A stretch of 64,000 nucleotides of DNA from an uncultured Verrucomicrobiales bacterium (GTDB lineage: Bacteria; Verrucomicrobiota; Verrucomicrobiia; Verrucomicrobiales; DEV007): assembly GCA_938091905.1 (NCBI GenBank), contig CALKOM010000057.1:15942-79941 (forward strand), in the 5' to 3' direction. The notes below the pieces were generated by a model, which had not been told where the DNA came from, ran no database searches, and worked only from the letters and a program-made list of their open reading frames with translations. A program made the translations under genes and the position numbers. This document shows positions 47,208 through 56,680 of the stretch, piece by piece. Each line of letters starts with the position of its first letter. Within the stretch, counting starts at the first letter, position 1.

Positions 47208-47936
47208 CTAGGAAGAGTTGCGAATCCACCAGCCCATGCGGAGGAGGCGATTGACGCCCTCGCGTCCAGTTTGGCGGGTGAGAGTGGGCACGTGGTTGGC
47301 AAGTTCTTCCCGCCGAGCGTCTGACCAAAGGCCTGCGCGTTCCAAATAACTCACGAGGGCGAGTTGTTCGGACCGCTCCAATGCCGTGGTCGGAGCGAGG
47401 GGGTCCAGATTCAGGGGCATGGGCCCATCAGCGGGAGGTTCTGTGCCTGTGTAGATGACGCAGGTGCCTGCGGCGAGATCTCCCAAGCGTTGAAAGCTGT
47501 TACCGGACAAGCAGGCGACTAGACCAAAGGCATAGCCAACCGGTAAGGCATCAACGAATCGGAGGAAATTCCTAACGATGGCCTGACTCCAAGTGAGTGG
47601 GGCCCCTGACGTTTGCACTACTCGCAAGCCCATGGCACGTTTGCCAGGTGAGGCACCGCGCTTGCCCACCTCGTAAAAGACGTAAAAGAACCACGTCCAC
47701 CAGAACATGAAAAGGAGCATCAACCCTTGGGCGACGTTTTCACCTAGCATGGTACTGGACAGCCCGATGACGATTGCCACGACGATGAGAATTCCCCAGC
47801 GAATGAGGAAATCGATCAGGTAGGCCATTGCGCGGACCGTCGGACCAGCAATGGGCAGCCAGATCTCCACACCTTCCGTCAATTCGATACGTTGACGCGT
47901 ATCAATCTTGGGGATGGCGGGCGACGTTTCTGGCAT
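47208..47936 (-). CDS. RDD family protein
   Basis: R.MAYLID, G.SPGKRAMGLRVV, RNFLRFVD, QRLGDLAAGT. Confidence 0.92.
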   Translation of the reverse strand: MPETSPAIPKIDTRQRIELTEGVEIWLPIAGPTVRAMAYLIDFLIRWGILIVVAIVIGLSSTMLGENVAQGLMLLFMFWWTWFFYVFYEVGKRGASPGKRAMGLRVVQTSGAPLTWSQAIVRNFLRFVDALPVGYAFGLVACLSGNSFQRLGDLAAGTCVIYTGTEPPADGPMPLNLDPLAPTTALERSEQLALVSYLERAGLWSDARREELANHVPTLTRQTGREGVNRLLRMGWWIRNSS

Positions 47937-48028
47937 TGGCTTACAGAAACATAGATCTTTGAGAAAGCTTCACAATTCTCGGCTCGGAAGTCGACAAAGA
48001 GTGGGCTCTTTGTTCCATTGAATTCATC

Positions 48029-48559
48029 ATGCCTGCCAACCCTTACGAAAGCCCGTCGTCTGATCCTCTTGGAGCGAATACTGCTGCAGGCCGTGGTGTG
48101 ACGCCGCGAGTAGTGAGCGAGCTTGTTGGCACAAAGCCTTGGGTTCGGATGATGGCTGTCTTGGGGTTTATCGGTGCGGGATTCATGGTTTTAGGTGGAT
48201 TGGGCATGTCGGTTGCCATGATGACCCAGTTGGGGCCCGCAGCGATCGTGTTTGGTGTAGTTTATGCGCTGATGGGCTTAATCTATCTCTTTCCAGCGAT
48301 CAAGTTATGGAAGTACGGGACGTCAATCTTGCGGCTGCAATACTCGAGCACCACGGAGAACCTGGAGGAAGCGTTGACCTACCAGCGTGGCTTTTGGAAG
48401 CTTACGGGGATCATGGTCATTGTTGGAGTTGCGCTTGGTCTTCTCGTCTCGGTTGCGATGGGAATCTTTGGAGCCACTATGGCAATGAAAGGTGGTGTTG
48501 ATATCCCGTTAGATGAGGGCGCGTTCGACACCTCCGATTTCGAATTGGATGGAGATTAA
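48029..48559 (+). CDS. DUF5362-like membrane protein
   Basis: NPYESP, TKPWVR..VLGFIG, YLFPAIKLWKY, EEAL..QRGFWKLTG. Confidence 0.7.
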   Translation: MPANPYESPSSDPLGANTAAGRGVTPRVVSELVGTKPWVRMMAVLGFIGAGFMVLGGLGMSVAMMTQLGPAAIVFGVVYALMGLIYLFPAIKLWKYGTSILRLQYSSTTENLEEALTYQRGFWKLTGIMVIVGVALGLLVSVAMGIFGATMAMKGGVDIPLDEGAFDTSDFELDGD

Positions 48560-49485
48560 GCGCGCGGATGCGCCTCGTCGTAAGCTTCCTTCATACGCTC
48601 GACACTGACGTGAGTGTAGATCTGCGTCGTCGAGAGGCTAGCGTGGCCTAACAAAGCCTGCACGCTGCGCAAGTCAGCGCCATTGTCTAACAAATGCGTC
48701 GCAAACGAGTGGCGGAGTTTGTGTGCGCTGACATCAATGGGGATGTCGGAATGGCGTAAGTATTTCTTTACGATATTATGAAGCGATGTGCGTGACATGC
48801 GTTTGCCGAGCTTGGATATGAAAAGCGAGCCTTCATGAACACGCGCTTTCTGGCGATAGCGCTGGATGGCATCAAGCGCATGCTTGCCTACGGGACAAAG
48901 ACGTTCTTTGCGTCCTTTGCCGACGACTCGCATGGTTTCCTGGTAGTCGTCCAAATCGGTGACGTTTGCCTTGGCTAGCTCTTCCAAACGCATGCCTGTG
49001 CTGTAAAAGAGTTCGAGAATGGCCGCGTCGCGTTCGCCTACCCAACTGGGGGCCTGCTTGGGTTGCTCAATTTTCAGAGGGAGAGCGAGAAGTTGTTCGA
49101 TCTGTTTAAGCGTAAGGACGACTGGCAGTTTCTTTTCAAGCTTTGGGAGTTGCACGTCCGCTAACGGATTTGGTTCAAGACCGTGTCGGTGGCAGAGATA
49201 CTTGTAGAAGGACCGAAGAGCCGCGAAGTGGAGTCGGATCGTGCTGCGCGCACGTTCTTCCTTCATCATTTCGAACAGGTAGGCACGAAAGTCATCGGGC
49301 TGGCATTGTTCCCATGACTTGAATCCTCGCGGGTGGCGTTCACGAAATCTGTTGAGAGCCTGGAGGTAGTTCCGGCCGGTGCGATCCGAGGCATCCTTCT
49401 CCACGCGCATGAACTCGAGAAAGGCGTCTACCTGGGCGTCGGTCACGGCATCTTTTGAAGGGGGAGTCGATTGAGGAGCCGCCAT
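48556..49485 (-). CDS. xerC: Tyrosine recombinase XerC/XerD family
   Basis: RDAAILELFYSTGMR, GKGRKER, HKLRHSFATHLLDNGADLRSVQALLGHASLSTTQIYTHV. Confidence 0.88.
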   Translation of the reverse strand: MAAPQSTPPSKDAVTDAQVDAFLEFMRVEKDASDRTGRNYLQALNRFRERHPRGFKSWEQCQPDDFRAYLFEMMKEERARSTIRLHFAALRSFYKYLCHRHGLEPNPLADVQLPKLEKKLPVVLTLKQIEQLLALPLKIEQPKQAPSWVGERDAAILELFYSTGMRLEELAKANVTDLDDYQETMRVVGKGRKERLCPVGKHALDAIQRYRQKARVHEGSLFISKLGKRMSRTSLHNIVKKYLRHSDIPIDVSAHKLRHSFATHLLDNGADLRSVQALLGHASLSTTQIYTHVSVERMKEAYDEAHPRA

Positions 49486-49544
49486 GGTCTATCGATACAA
49501 ATGCTTTTTGACGCCTGCAGAGACGTCGGTCAGGTTAGCACACA

Positions 49545-50327
49545 ATGCTGACGAAACGAATCATTCCTTGCCTCGATGTGACCGGTGGCCGCGTGGTCAA
49601 GGGTACTCAGTTCGTCAATCTACGTGACGCAGGAGATCCTGTCGAGTGTGCCATTGAGTATCAACGTCAGGGCGCAGATGAGCTTGTCTTCCTTGATATC
49701 ACGGCTTCTTCTGATGCGCGCAAGACCATGGTGGAAGTGGTGGAGGAAACCGCGCGTGAGTGTCACATGCCACTGACGGTTGGCGGCGGCATCCGAACAG
49801 TGGAGGACATGCGCAAGATGCTCCGTGCGGGCGCGGATAAGGTGAGTGTCAACACCGCAGCCATTCACAGACCGGAAGTGTTGTCCGAGGGGGCCCGTGC
49901 CTTTGGCGTGCAGTGCATCGTCCTCGCCATCGATGCCAAGCGTAACGAGTCCGGAAGCTGGACCGTTTACACCCATGGAGGTCGCAATCCGACCGAGCTT
50001 GATGCGATCGAGTGGGCCAAGCGAGGCGAGGAGTTGGGCGCGGGTGAGATCTTGCTCACGAGCATGGATGCGGATGGGACCAAGGATGGTTTCGATCTCG
50101 AACTGACGCGGACGGTGAGCGAAGCGCTGACCATCCCTGTAATCGCAAGTGGTGGTGTGGGCAATCTGGATCACCTTGCGGATGGGCTCATCGACGGCAA
50201 GGCCGATGCGGTGCTTGCCGCGAGTATCTTTCACTTTGGCGAATACACAATTGCCGAAGCCAAGACGCATCTTGAGAAGCGGGGCATTCCGGTGCGGCCG
50301 TTTCAAGAAATGACCGTGGAAGGGTAG
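49545..50327 (+). CDS. hisF: Imidazole glycerol phosphate synthase subunit HisF
   Basis: [53 protein letters not shown]. Confidence 0.98.
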   Translation: MLTKRIIPCLDVTGGRVVKGTQFVNLRDAGDPVECAIEYQRQGADELVFLDITASSDARKTMVEVVEETARECHMPLTVGGGIRTVEDMRKMLRAGADKVSVNTAAIHRPEVLSEGARAFGVQCIVLAIDAKRNESGSWTVYTHGGRNPTELDAIEWAKRGEELGAGEILLTSMDADGTKDGFDLELTRTVSEALTIPVIASGGVGNLDHLADGLIDGKADAVLAASIFHFGEYTIAEAKTHLEKRGIPVRPFQEMTVEG

Positions 50328-50356
50328 CCAAGGTCATCTTGTGGCATCGAGCTGAG

Positions 50357-51424
50357 CTAGTCTTTGGAGGGAGACCTGCCCGTACCCAAGCTCAGTGTCC
50401 AATGGGCTTTGACTAGACCAATCCCAAGGTGGTTGGGGCCATTGGCGATCATGACCTTCCGATGGCCGTCGCTTTTCCACCACGCGACGTAGGCTGCCAT
50501 GGGCGAGCTGCTGCCTTTGTAGATGTTCTCACCTTGCCAGCGACCTGAATACATCGCGTTCTTCGCACGTTTCGAAGGTGAGGCATTGGCGGGAGTGGGG
50601 GACTGGTGTGCAAAGTAACTGAGCTTAGCCATTTCAGCGCAGTGATTGATGCTTGCTAGAGAGAGTTCCTTTTGCAAGTAGAGCGGGCTGAGGCCTAGCT
50701 CGATCCGCATTTCGTTGATGATCTTGGCAAAGCCACGCTGGGAGGATGTTGGCCACTTCGCACTGTCATTGTTGTAGGAATCGACCTGTGCGGACTGCTG
50801 GCGTTGCGCCATGAGACTCTTGGCTTGTTTGATCAGATGGATTACATTGTCGCCGAAAGGAAATTCCTCGAAGACGTCACCTAACGAAAGGTCAAAGGCC
50901 TCTTCTTCGGCGCCTTTGAGCATTGCTAGTTCAATGTCCAGCTCTAGCAGGAGCTTTCCGTGTGGCTCTAAAGTCTTCCAAACATTGGTTGCGGCCAGTG
51001 CCTGCGCCTGGAGTTGGCGGTAGGTGCGGGAAGCCTCATGGAGGAGATGATCAAGCTTCTTCAGGTCGCTGGTATCATAGTCCAAGCTTTTGCGGCCCAA
51101 TGTTAGTGCTTGTTTGCGTTCGTGAGTCCAATTCCGTCGAGCCTCTGCGAAAGGCTGGAGTTCTTTGTAAGTCCGCTCCAAGGCGTTCTCCAATGGTGTC
51201 GCATGGTGCAGTCGCGCCTTGTGGAGAAGTCTTTTGTGGACTGAGCTATCGTTCTCTGAGAGCTGGCTAAGGAATTGGTGGGCTCGCCGGCGGGTATCGG
51301 AGTCCTCGGAGCAAAGCCAACGATAGATTTGGCGTTGCTGCTTGGATCCAATTTGTATCGAGCTGGATTCCTCTGCGAAGACGTCCGGGCAGAGAATGGC
51401 AACAAAAAGAAGAACTTGAATCAT
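50357..51424 (-). CDS. Exported CAP (SCP-like) domain protein with helical N-terminus
   Basis: NEMR..LGL.PL..H..EMA...YFAH.SP..GENI..WWKSDGHR. Confidence 0.85.
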   Translation of the reverse strand: MIQVLLFVAILCPDVFAEESSSIQIGSKQQRQIYRWLCSEDSDTRRRAHQFLSQLSENDSSVHKRLLHKARLHHATPLENALERTYKELQPFAEARRNWTHERKQALTLGRKSLDYDTSDLKKLDHLLHEASRTYRQLQAQALAATNVWKTLEPHGKLLLELDIELAMLKGAEEEAFDLSLGDVFEEFPFGDNVIHLIKQAKSLMAQRQQSAQVDSYNNDSAKWPTSSQRGFAKIINEMRIELGLSPLYLQKELSLASINHCAEMAKLSYFAHQSPTPANASPSKRAKNAMYSGRWQGENIYKGSSSPMAAYVAWWKSDGHRKVMIANGPNHLGIGLVKAHWTLSLGTGRSPSKD

Positions 51425-54400
51425 CTATTCAGCAACGGAGAGACGTAAGAAACGCACTTCCATTGAGCTCTCGAGAGTGAGCGTGACGGATTCTTTCGTG
51501 GCATCGATGACCGTGGTGCCTGACTCACTGGCAGTGGCACCGGCAGGCTGCCACGCTTTGAGGTCGGAAGAGACTTCGACCTTGATAGGTGAACCGTCGA
51601 GATCTCGGCGGCGCTGATAGCTTATGGAGACGGCATCGCCTTCGGTCGCAGCAGTAATGAGTGAACCGCTTTCCGCAGATCGTGGATCTTTGGCAAAGGC
51701 ATACTCAATCCGATTGACCAGGCCATCTTCATCTGGGTCGGCCATAGGACCCACGATGGCGGCATCGCCTAACTGATCGGCGCTAAACGACTCGGCTTGC
51801 CACTGGGCGAAGGTGAGACCTGGCTGAGGTTCGCTACCCCCGTCAGCCGTCCCAGGGCTGCCTTGATCGGAGGCAGAGGCGTTCCAGCTCTGAACTTCAT
51901 CGGCGTAGGCATCCAGTGAGGTTCGTTCTAGTGAACGCCCCGTGCCATCGGCTGCGATCGGCCAGGGCTCGGCATCGTTGTAGCGCAACGAATCTTCGGT
52001 GATCTTAGTCGTCTTCTCGACTCCATTGTCGAGATAGGTCTCACCAGGACGCTCAAGTGTGAGACGTTCGCCATCATTGTTCAGTCGGCCGTCGTAGCCT
52101 CCAAAGATGGTGATTCCGTCAGGGATGCTTGGGTAGAGTGTGCGTGCTGCATCGCTGGTGGCGCGAGTGACGAGAATGACTTCTCCTCCTGCCATGGTTA
52201 CGCCCTCCGGAAAAGTGAAGCCTATTCCGCTGATGCGCCAGCCTGCAAGACTGACAGAAGCTTCGGAGCGATTGACGAGTTCCAGATATTCTCCAGCATC
52301 GTCGGCCTGAGAGGAATTATACATAATTTCCGAGAAGACGATCTGGCCGAGGCGTGGTGCACTGTTGACGTCTCCAAGAGAGGCCGTCGCTTGTGGCGGA
52401 TATTCCACTCTTCCTTGCGAATCGACCACGCGCCCAAACGTGACGCCCTCTTCAGCATCGCCGAAGGAGAAGCCATCGCTGTAGCCGGTCAGCTGGCCGT
52501 CGGCCTGAGCGGAGAAAAGATGGACGGCATCGCCACGTGAACTGAGTGAGAAGGCTTTGCCAAAAAATTCCGCTGGCAGGTCGGCGTTGTTTGTTGGATC
52601 ACTGTCATTGTCTTCAAGGATGACGAGGTAACCGCCAGCAGGAATGTTCGCCCCTGCGGCTATGGCATACTTGCTCGGCTCGTTTGGATCATCGGTGAGG
52701 AACCAGCCGCTCACATCGATGGCTTCGGCTCCGCTGTTCAATAGCTCAATGGCATCGACTGCAGGTGGTGCTGAGTTTGTGAGGATCTCGTTGACCACCA
52801 CGCCAAAGCTTGGGGCTGTTTCATCGGTGCCTGGCGAGCCGCCGGGTGCGGCACTGGCGCGCCAGGAGCCACCTTTGTTAGGATCAGCATTGTTGTCCGT
52901 AAGAACGAGTGAAAAACCCACGCCGTCGGCTGTTTGCGGCCAAGCGCCGCCATCACTGTATTCGAACTCCTGAATAACTGCACCTTCAGGACTTATGAGT
53001 CCGATCGCTTCGCTACCGTTTTTCAGGCTACCATCATAGATTCCTGCAATGGCAATAGCATCGCCATAGCGGAAACGAAACGCTGCTTCATCAACGACGA
53101 GGATCAAGCTTGCTTCGGGCGCCAGCACTGCATTCGGACCGGCTACAAATTCATAACGAAACCCGCGACTAAACTGGCATCCTGTGAGATCTACGACTTG
53201 ATCGCTGATATTGCGCACCTCGATATACTCGAAGTCATCGCTACTCACATGACCTGCTGCCGACTCTGCAGCCGTGGGCGGCGCCGGATGATACATCACT
53301 TCAGAGATAACCGTGTTCGAGGCGCTCGCTGGAGTCACCGCGACGCGGTAATAAGATTCCGTAAGGGCGCTCCAGTCTCCACTCGCGGCCCGAACACGCG
53401 CTTTTACCCATGCGGATTCTGTAAGAATCACCCCGCCTGAATATTCAATCGCTTCCGCATCGATCTCCTCGTCAATCGTGCTCGGGTCATTTCCGTTCAG
53501 CGTGTAGTAGATCTTTCCTGGATTGAAAAGAGAGACCCCTTTGGACGAGAGTTTTAAATTGAAATCTTGTTCAACCGCACTGCCGACTTGCCCGAGATCG
53601 ACGCCAGCGAGATTGGGATAGAGGCCCCAGTCTTTGAAATTGTCGAGCGCTTCCTCGACGCGGTCGGGGAAGAAATCTTCCAGGATGCGTTTCTGTTCAG
53701 TCAGCCAGTCGTCATCCCGCGTGTAGGGGTCATTCGCACGCCTGAAGTCGCCCCATCGAGCACTCTCGGCGACCATGGCGGTGTGGAGTTCGTCAGCTCG
53801 TTCTTGCCAGCGGCTAACATTCGCCTCAGGCGTCAACGCGCCTCCGTTGAAACTATGTTTCTGGAGGCGATCCCCAAAACGACGGACAAACTCAGGATGA
53901 TCGCTGAGATCATCGAGGATGCCGGTTGGATCGGCCGAAGGTGTCGGCAATTTGAAGTTCACCTCTTCGATGATGCGCTCCGTATCCCAGAGAAAGAAGC
54001 GCCATGGCAATTCGTCAGGACCGCCTCCGGCCGCTTTCCAGTTGCCATTGTTCTTAAGGTCGTGATTTCCCATCCACCGCTGAACGATCGTCCAATCGAT
54101 GTAGTCATCGATATCCACCAGTTCTTCGATGCGTTCCCACGGCGTGTTGGCGTTAGAGACAGCGCTCTTCATTGCGTTGTACTCTGACAAAGAGCCATTG
54201 GTTGGGCTGCCTCCGTTGAGCGCGTCGATCTCTCCCGCATAGCCTCCGTAATAATCGGCATAGTGCGAGTGATCCATGCGTTCATGGACATTGTAGATTC
54301 CCCAGTAGTGGCCATTCAAATAGAGGTGGAAATAGTTGCCGTGCCCTGCTCCTTCGAAGCCCATGTCTAACGCTGTGTCGCGTGCAAACTGATCGCGCAT

Positions 54401-55723
54401 CAGTTGGCCTCGTCCCTGTTGGCCACCATTGCTGTGGTGCCAGGTGTTGTTGTATCGAGCACGCAGATGGATGGCATTGAAGGAAGTCATGGGTGAGTCT
54501 TCAATGAGGGGGAAGTTCAATTTCCCAACGCCATAGTTCTTTCGAAAGCGCAAACTCATGGCGTGCTTTGGCGAGCGATCCGCATTTCGACTCGCACCAC
54601 CCTGGGCGCGGAGGCCGCATGGCACTTGCATGGATTCTCCGTTTACATTGATGAACTCGGCGGAGACGGCATACTCATATCTGAAATCAGCACCCTCACC
54701 TTGTTGCGGCCTGCGAGTCACATTGAGATATAGACCATTGCGTCCAAAGAGGTTGTCTTTGTCAGTGACAATCGAGAGCGTTGGGATGTCCTTGAGCGCT
54801 TCTTCGATCTCATCTTTGTAGGCAGGATCATCGACCACGTCTGGATCCATTTCATAGTCGGCTGTTTGGTTGCTCTCCCAACGAGCAGGATATCCATCCG
54901 GTTCATCTTCCTGACGAATCACGTCTTTGGTGAATAGGTAAGTATGAGTGTCGATGTTGGTGGGCTCAATCCCATCTCTATAAGCGCGTGCGCGCAACAC
55001 GGTAGTTTCTTCGATGGCCAAGGGCTCGGTGTACTTCTTGCCGGGTGTAAATACTGAACCGGGACCAGGATCGCTTCCGTTTGTGCTGTAGTAGATGATG
55101 GCGCCTTCGGTTGCTGTGGTGATGGCAACCGTGATAGGCTCATCATAGAAGCCTCGGCTCATACTAAACTTGGTATCGGCAACACGCGGTGGTAGGTCGA
55201 CGCGACCAGGGCCGTTGGCGGCACGAGGTGTCGGCGTTTCGAAATAGCGCTCTTCGGTGCCATCGTTCTCATTGTCACCAATCCCATAGGATAGCCCGAG
55301 CCTTTGGTTGGGGTATTTGCTAGCAAACTCGCTTAAGACACTCTCCCCATCTGGGGCGACAAGGGCGAGATACTCACCTGATTCGCTCAGTTCGAAATTT
55401 GTATGGAACGTCGATGCGAAGAGACCGCCCTGGTTCTTACCGGAGGCGAAGATGATCCCGTACCCACCCGGAGAAAGACTGAGAGATCCGGGCACTTTCC
55501 ATTTGCGGAGATTGCGCCTGTCATCCGTCAGGAAATGATCTTTGAGATCCACAGAGCTTCCAGTGGGATTGTAGAACTCGATCCAATCTGAAGAATCGCC
55601 ATCATCATCCTCAAGAGCTTCCAGATTGGAGGCCATGAATTCGGAGATGACCGCCGTGTCCTGCGCGCGAGCAGTGACGATGGCAAGCGCAAGAATGAGG
55701 AAAAGGAATTGGGGTTTCTTCAT
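51425..55723 (-). CDS. Secreted lamin-tail domain / CotH-kinase family protein (1432 aa) with Verrucomicrobia-type C-terminal domain
   Basis: Signal peptide; ISEFMASN LTD; QGGASR..PKHAM, YWGIYNVHE, GNHD..GNW, WDTE; three further LTDs; tail DPDEDGLVNRIEYAF..SSDLKAW..RFLRL. Confidence 0.9.
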   Translation of the reverse strand: MKKPQFLFLILALAIVTARAQDTAVISEFMASNLEALEDDDGDSSDWIEFYNPTGSSVDLKDHFLTDDRRNLRKWKVPGSLSLSPGGYGIIFASGKNQGGLFASTFHTNFELSESGEYLALVAPDGESVLSEFASKYPNQRLGLSYGIGDNENDGTEERYFETPTPRAANGPGRVDLPPRVADTKFSMSRGFYDEPITVAITTATEGAIIYYSTNGSDPGPGSVFTPGKKYTEPLAIEETTVLRARAYRDGIEPTNIDTHTYLFTKDVIRQEDEPDGYPARWESNQTADYEMDPDVVDDPAYKDEIEEALKDIPTLSIVTDKDNLFGRNGLYLNVTRRPQQGEGADFRYEYAVSAEFINVNGESMQVPCGLRAQGGASRNADRSPKHAMSLRFRKNYGVGKLNFPLIEDSPMTSFNAIHLRARYNNTWHHSNGGQQGRGQLMRDQFARDTALDMGFEGAGHGNYFHLYLNGHYWGIYNVHERMDHSHYADYYGGYAGEIDALNGGSPTNGSLSEYNAMKSAVSNANTPWERIEELVDIDDYIDWTIVQRWMGNHDLKNNGNWKAAGGGPDELPWRFFLWDTERIIEEVNFKLPTPSADPTGILDDLSDHPEFVRRFGDRLQKHSFNGGALTPEANVSRWQERADELHTAMVAESARWGDFRRANDPYTRDDDWLTEQKRILEDFFPDRVEEALDNFKDWGLYPNLAGVDLGQVGSAVEQDFNLKLSSKGVSLFNPGKIYYTLNGNDPSTIDEEIDAEAIEYSGGVILTESAWVKARVRAASGDWSALTESYYRVAVTPASASNTVISEVMYHPAPPTAAESAAGHVSSDDFEYIEVRNISDQVVDLTGCQFSRGFRYEFVAGPNAVLAPEASLILVVDEAAFRFRYGDAIAIAGIYDGSLKNGSEAIGLISPEGAVIQEFEYSDGGAWPQTADGVGFSLVLTDNNADPNKGGSWRASAAPGGSPGTDETAPSFGVVVNEILTNSAPPAVDAIELLNSGAEAIDVSGWFLTDDPNEPSKYAIAAGANIPAGGYLVILEDNDSDPTNNADLPAEFFGKAFSLSSRGDAVHLFSAQADGQLTGYSDGFSFGDAEEGVTFGRVVDSQGRVEYPPQATASLGDVNSAPRLGQIVFSEIMYNSSQADDAGEYLELVNRSEASVSLAGWRISGIGFTFPEGVTMAGGEVILVTRATSDAARTLYPSIPDGITIFGGYDGRLNNDGERLTLERPGETYLDNGVEKTTKITEDSLRYNDAEPWPIAADGTGRSLERTSLDAYADEVQSWNASASDQGSPGTADGGSEPQPGLTFAQWQAESFSADQLGDAAIVGPMADPDEDGLVNRIEYAFAKDPRSAESGSLITAATEGDAVSISYQRRRDLDGSPIKVEVSSDLKAWQPAGATASESGTTVIDATKESVTLTLESSMEVRFLRLSVAE

Positions 55724-55773
55724 GAGTTTAGGGAATGAGCCTGGAGACGGTTGGTCGTCTTGCCAAGCGTAAC

Positions 55774-56655
55774 TTAGGCCAGGCTAAGCGTAAGTGCCAG
55801 CTTGTGGGTTTCCCCTGGAGGCACGGCAATAGCGTCGTCTGCTGCGTTCGTCGTCTCCACGCAGAGCATTTCTTGGTATTCCTGGTCGCCGAAATCGGCC
55901 ATGCGCTGGGCTTTCGCGATCCACGGATTCCACACCACCGTTGAGTGACTGCCTTCTTTGGCGATTCGAATGGTGCGGTCCCAGCCGTTATCATTGACTA
56001 GACACGTGTCCGTGGTCTCTAGGTAGATGCGGTCGACTTCTTCCTGGAAGCGGATCGGACCGGCTTGGGTCTTGCGTGTCTTGCCGTCGATCGAATCGAT
56101 GTAAGGACGTCCGTCGAGCCCCTCGGCGCGTGCTTGGTCAATATGGGAAACGGCAAAGTAGGTGTGCAAGGCGCCGGTGTAGGTGAACGGGGATTTTCCT
56201 GGATTGTGTACTGATAGTTGAATCGCTAGAGCGTCACCAAGCGTGGCCTGCAGTCGCAGAACGAAGTCATGTGGGAAGTGCTCGCGGGTCGCTTCATTTG
56301 CTTGCAATTCAAGGGTGAGACTAGCAGAGTCCGTAGAGACGACCTTCCATGAGCGTGTGCGGGCGACACCATGGGCAGGGTAATTCGGCTCATCTGGATG
56401 ATCGGCGAACCACGGCCAACACACGGGGATACCACCACGGATGGCTTTGCCGTCTTTGAAGATGGCTTCTTTACTCAGCCAAAGAACAGGCTTGGCTCCA
56501 GCCGGGACGTAAGATAACACATGTGCCCCATGAAGAGCGACGGTTGCGCTGGCACCCTCGTGAGTAAGCTCGGCGATCGCGAGACCGCCAGGTCCTTCTG
56601 CGAATCGAAGGCCTCGGGTTTGCCAATCAAGATTTAAAGTATCGATCAGTGTCAT
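55774..56655 (-). CDS. D-hexose-6-phosphate mutarotase (aldose 1-epimerase family)
   Basis: GAHVLS, AIRGGIPVCWPWF, HGVAR, ALHTYF, EVDRIY, VVWNPW, MLCVE. Confidence 0.93.
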   Translation of the reverse strand: MTLIDTLNLDWQTRGLRFAEGPGGLAIAELTHEGASATVALHGAHVLSYVPAGAKPVLWLSKEAIFKDGKAIRGGIPVCWPWFADHPDEPNYPAHGVARTRSWKVVSTDSASLTLELQANEATREHFPHDFVLRLQATLGDALAIQLSVHNPGKSPFTYTGALHTYFAVSHIDQARAEGLDGRPYIDSIDGKTRKTQAGPIRFQEEVDRIYLETTDTCLVNDNGWDRTIRIAKEGSHSTVVWNPWIAKAQRMADFGDQEYQEMLCVETTNAADDAIAVPPGETHKLALTLSLA

Positions 56656-56680
56656 GGAGACACGAAAGCATCTTCAGGTT

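Noticed and set aside
48556..49485. Tyrosine recombinase as a sign of an integrated element
   Set aside because: The sequence is XerC/D-like, next to hisF, with no att repeats, tRNA or phage/plasmid genes.
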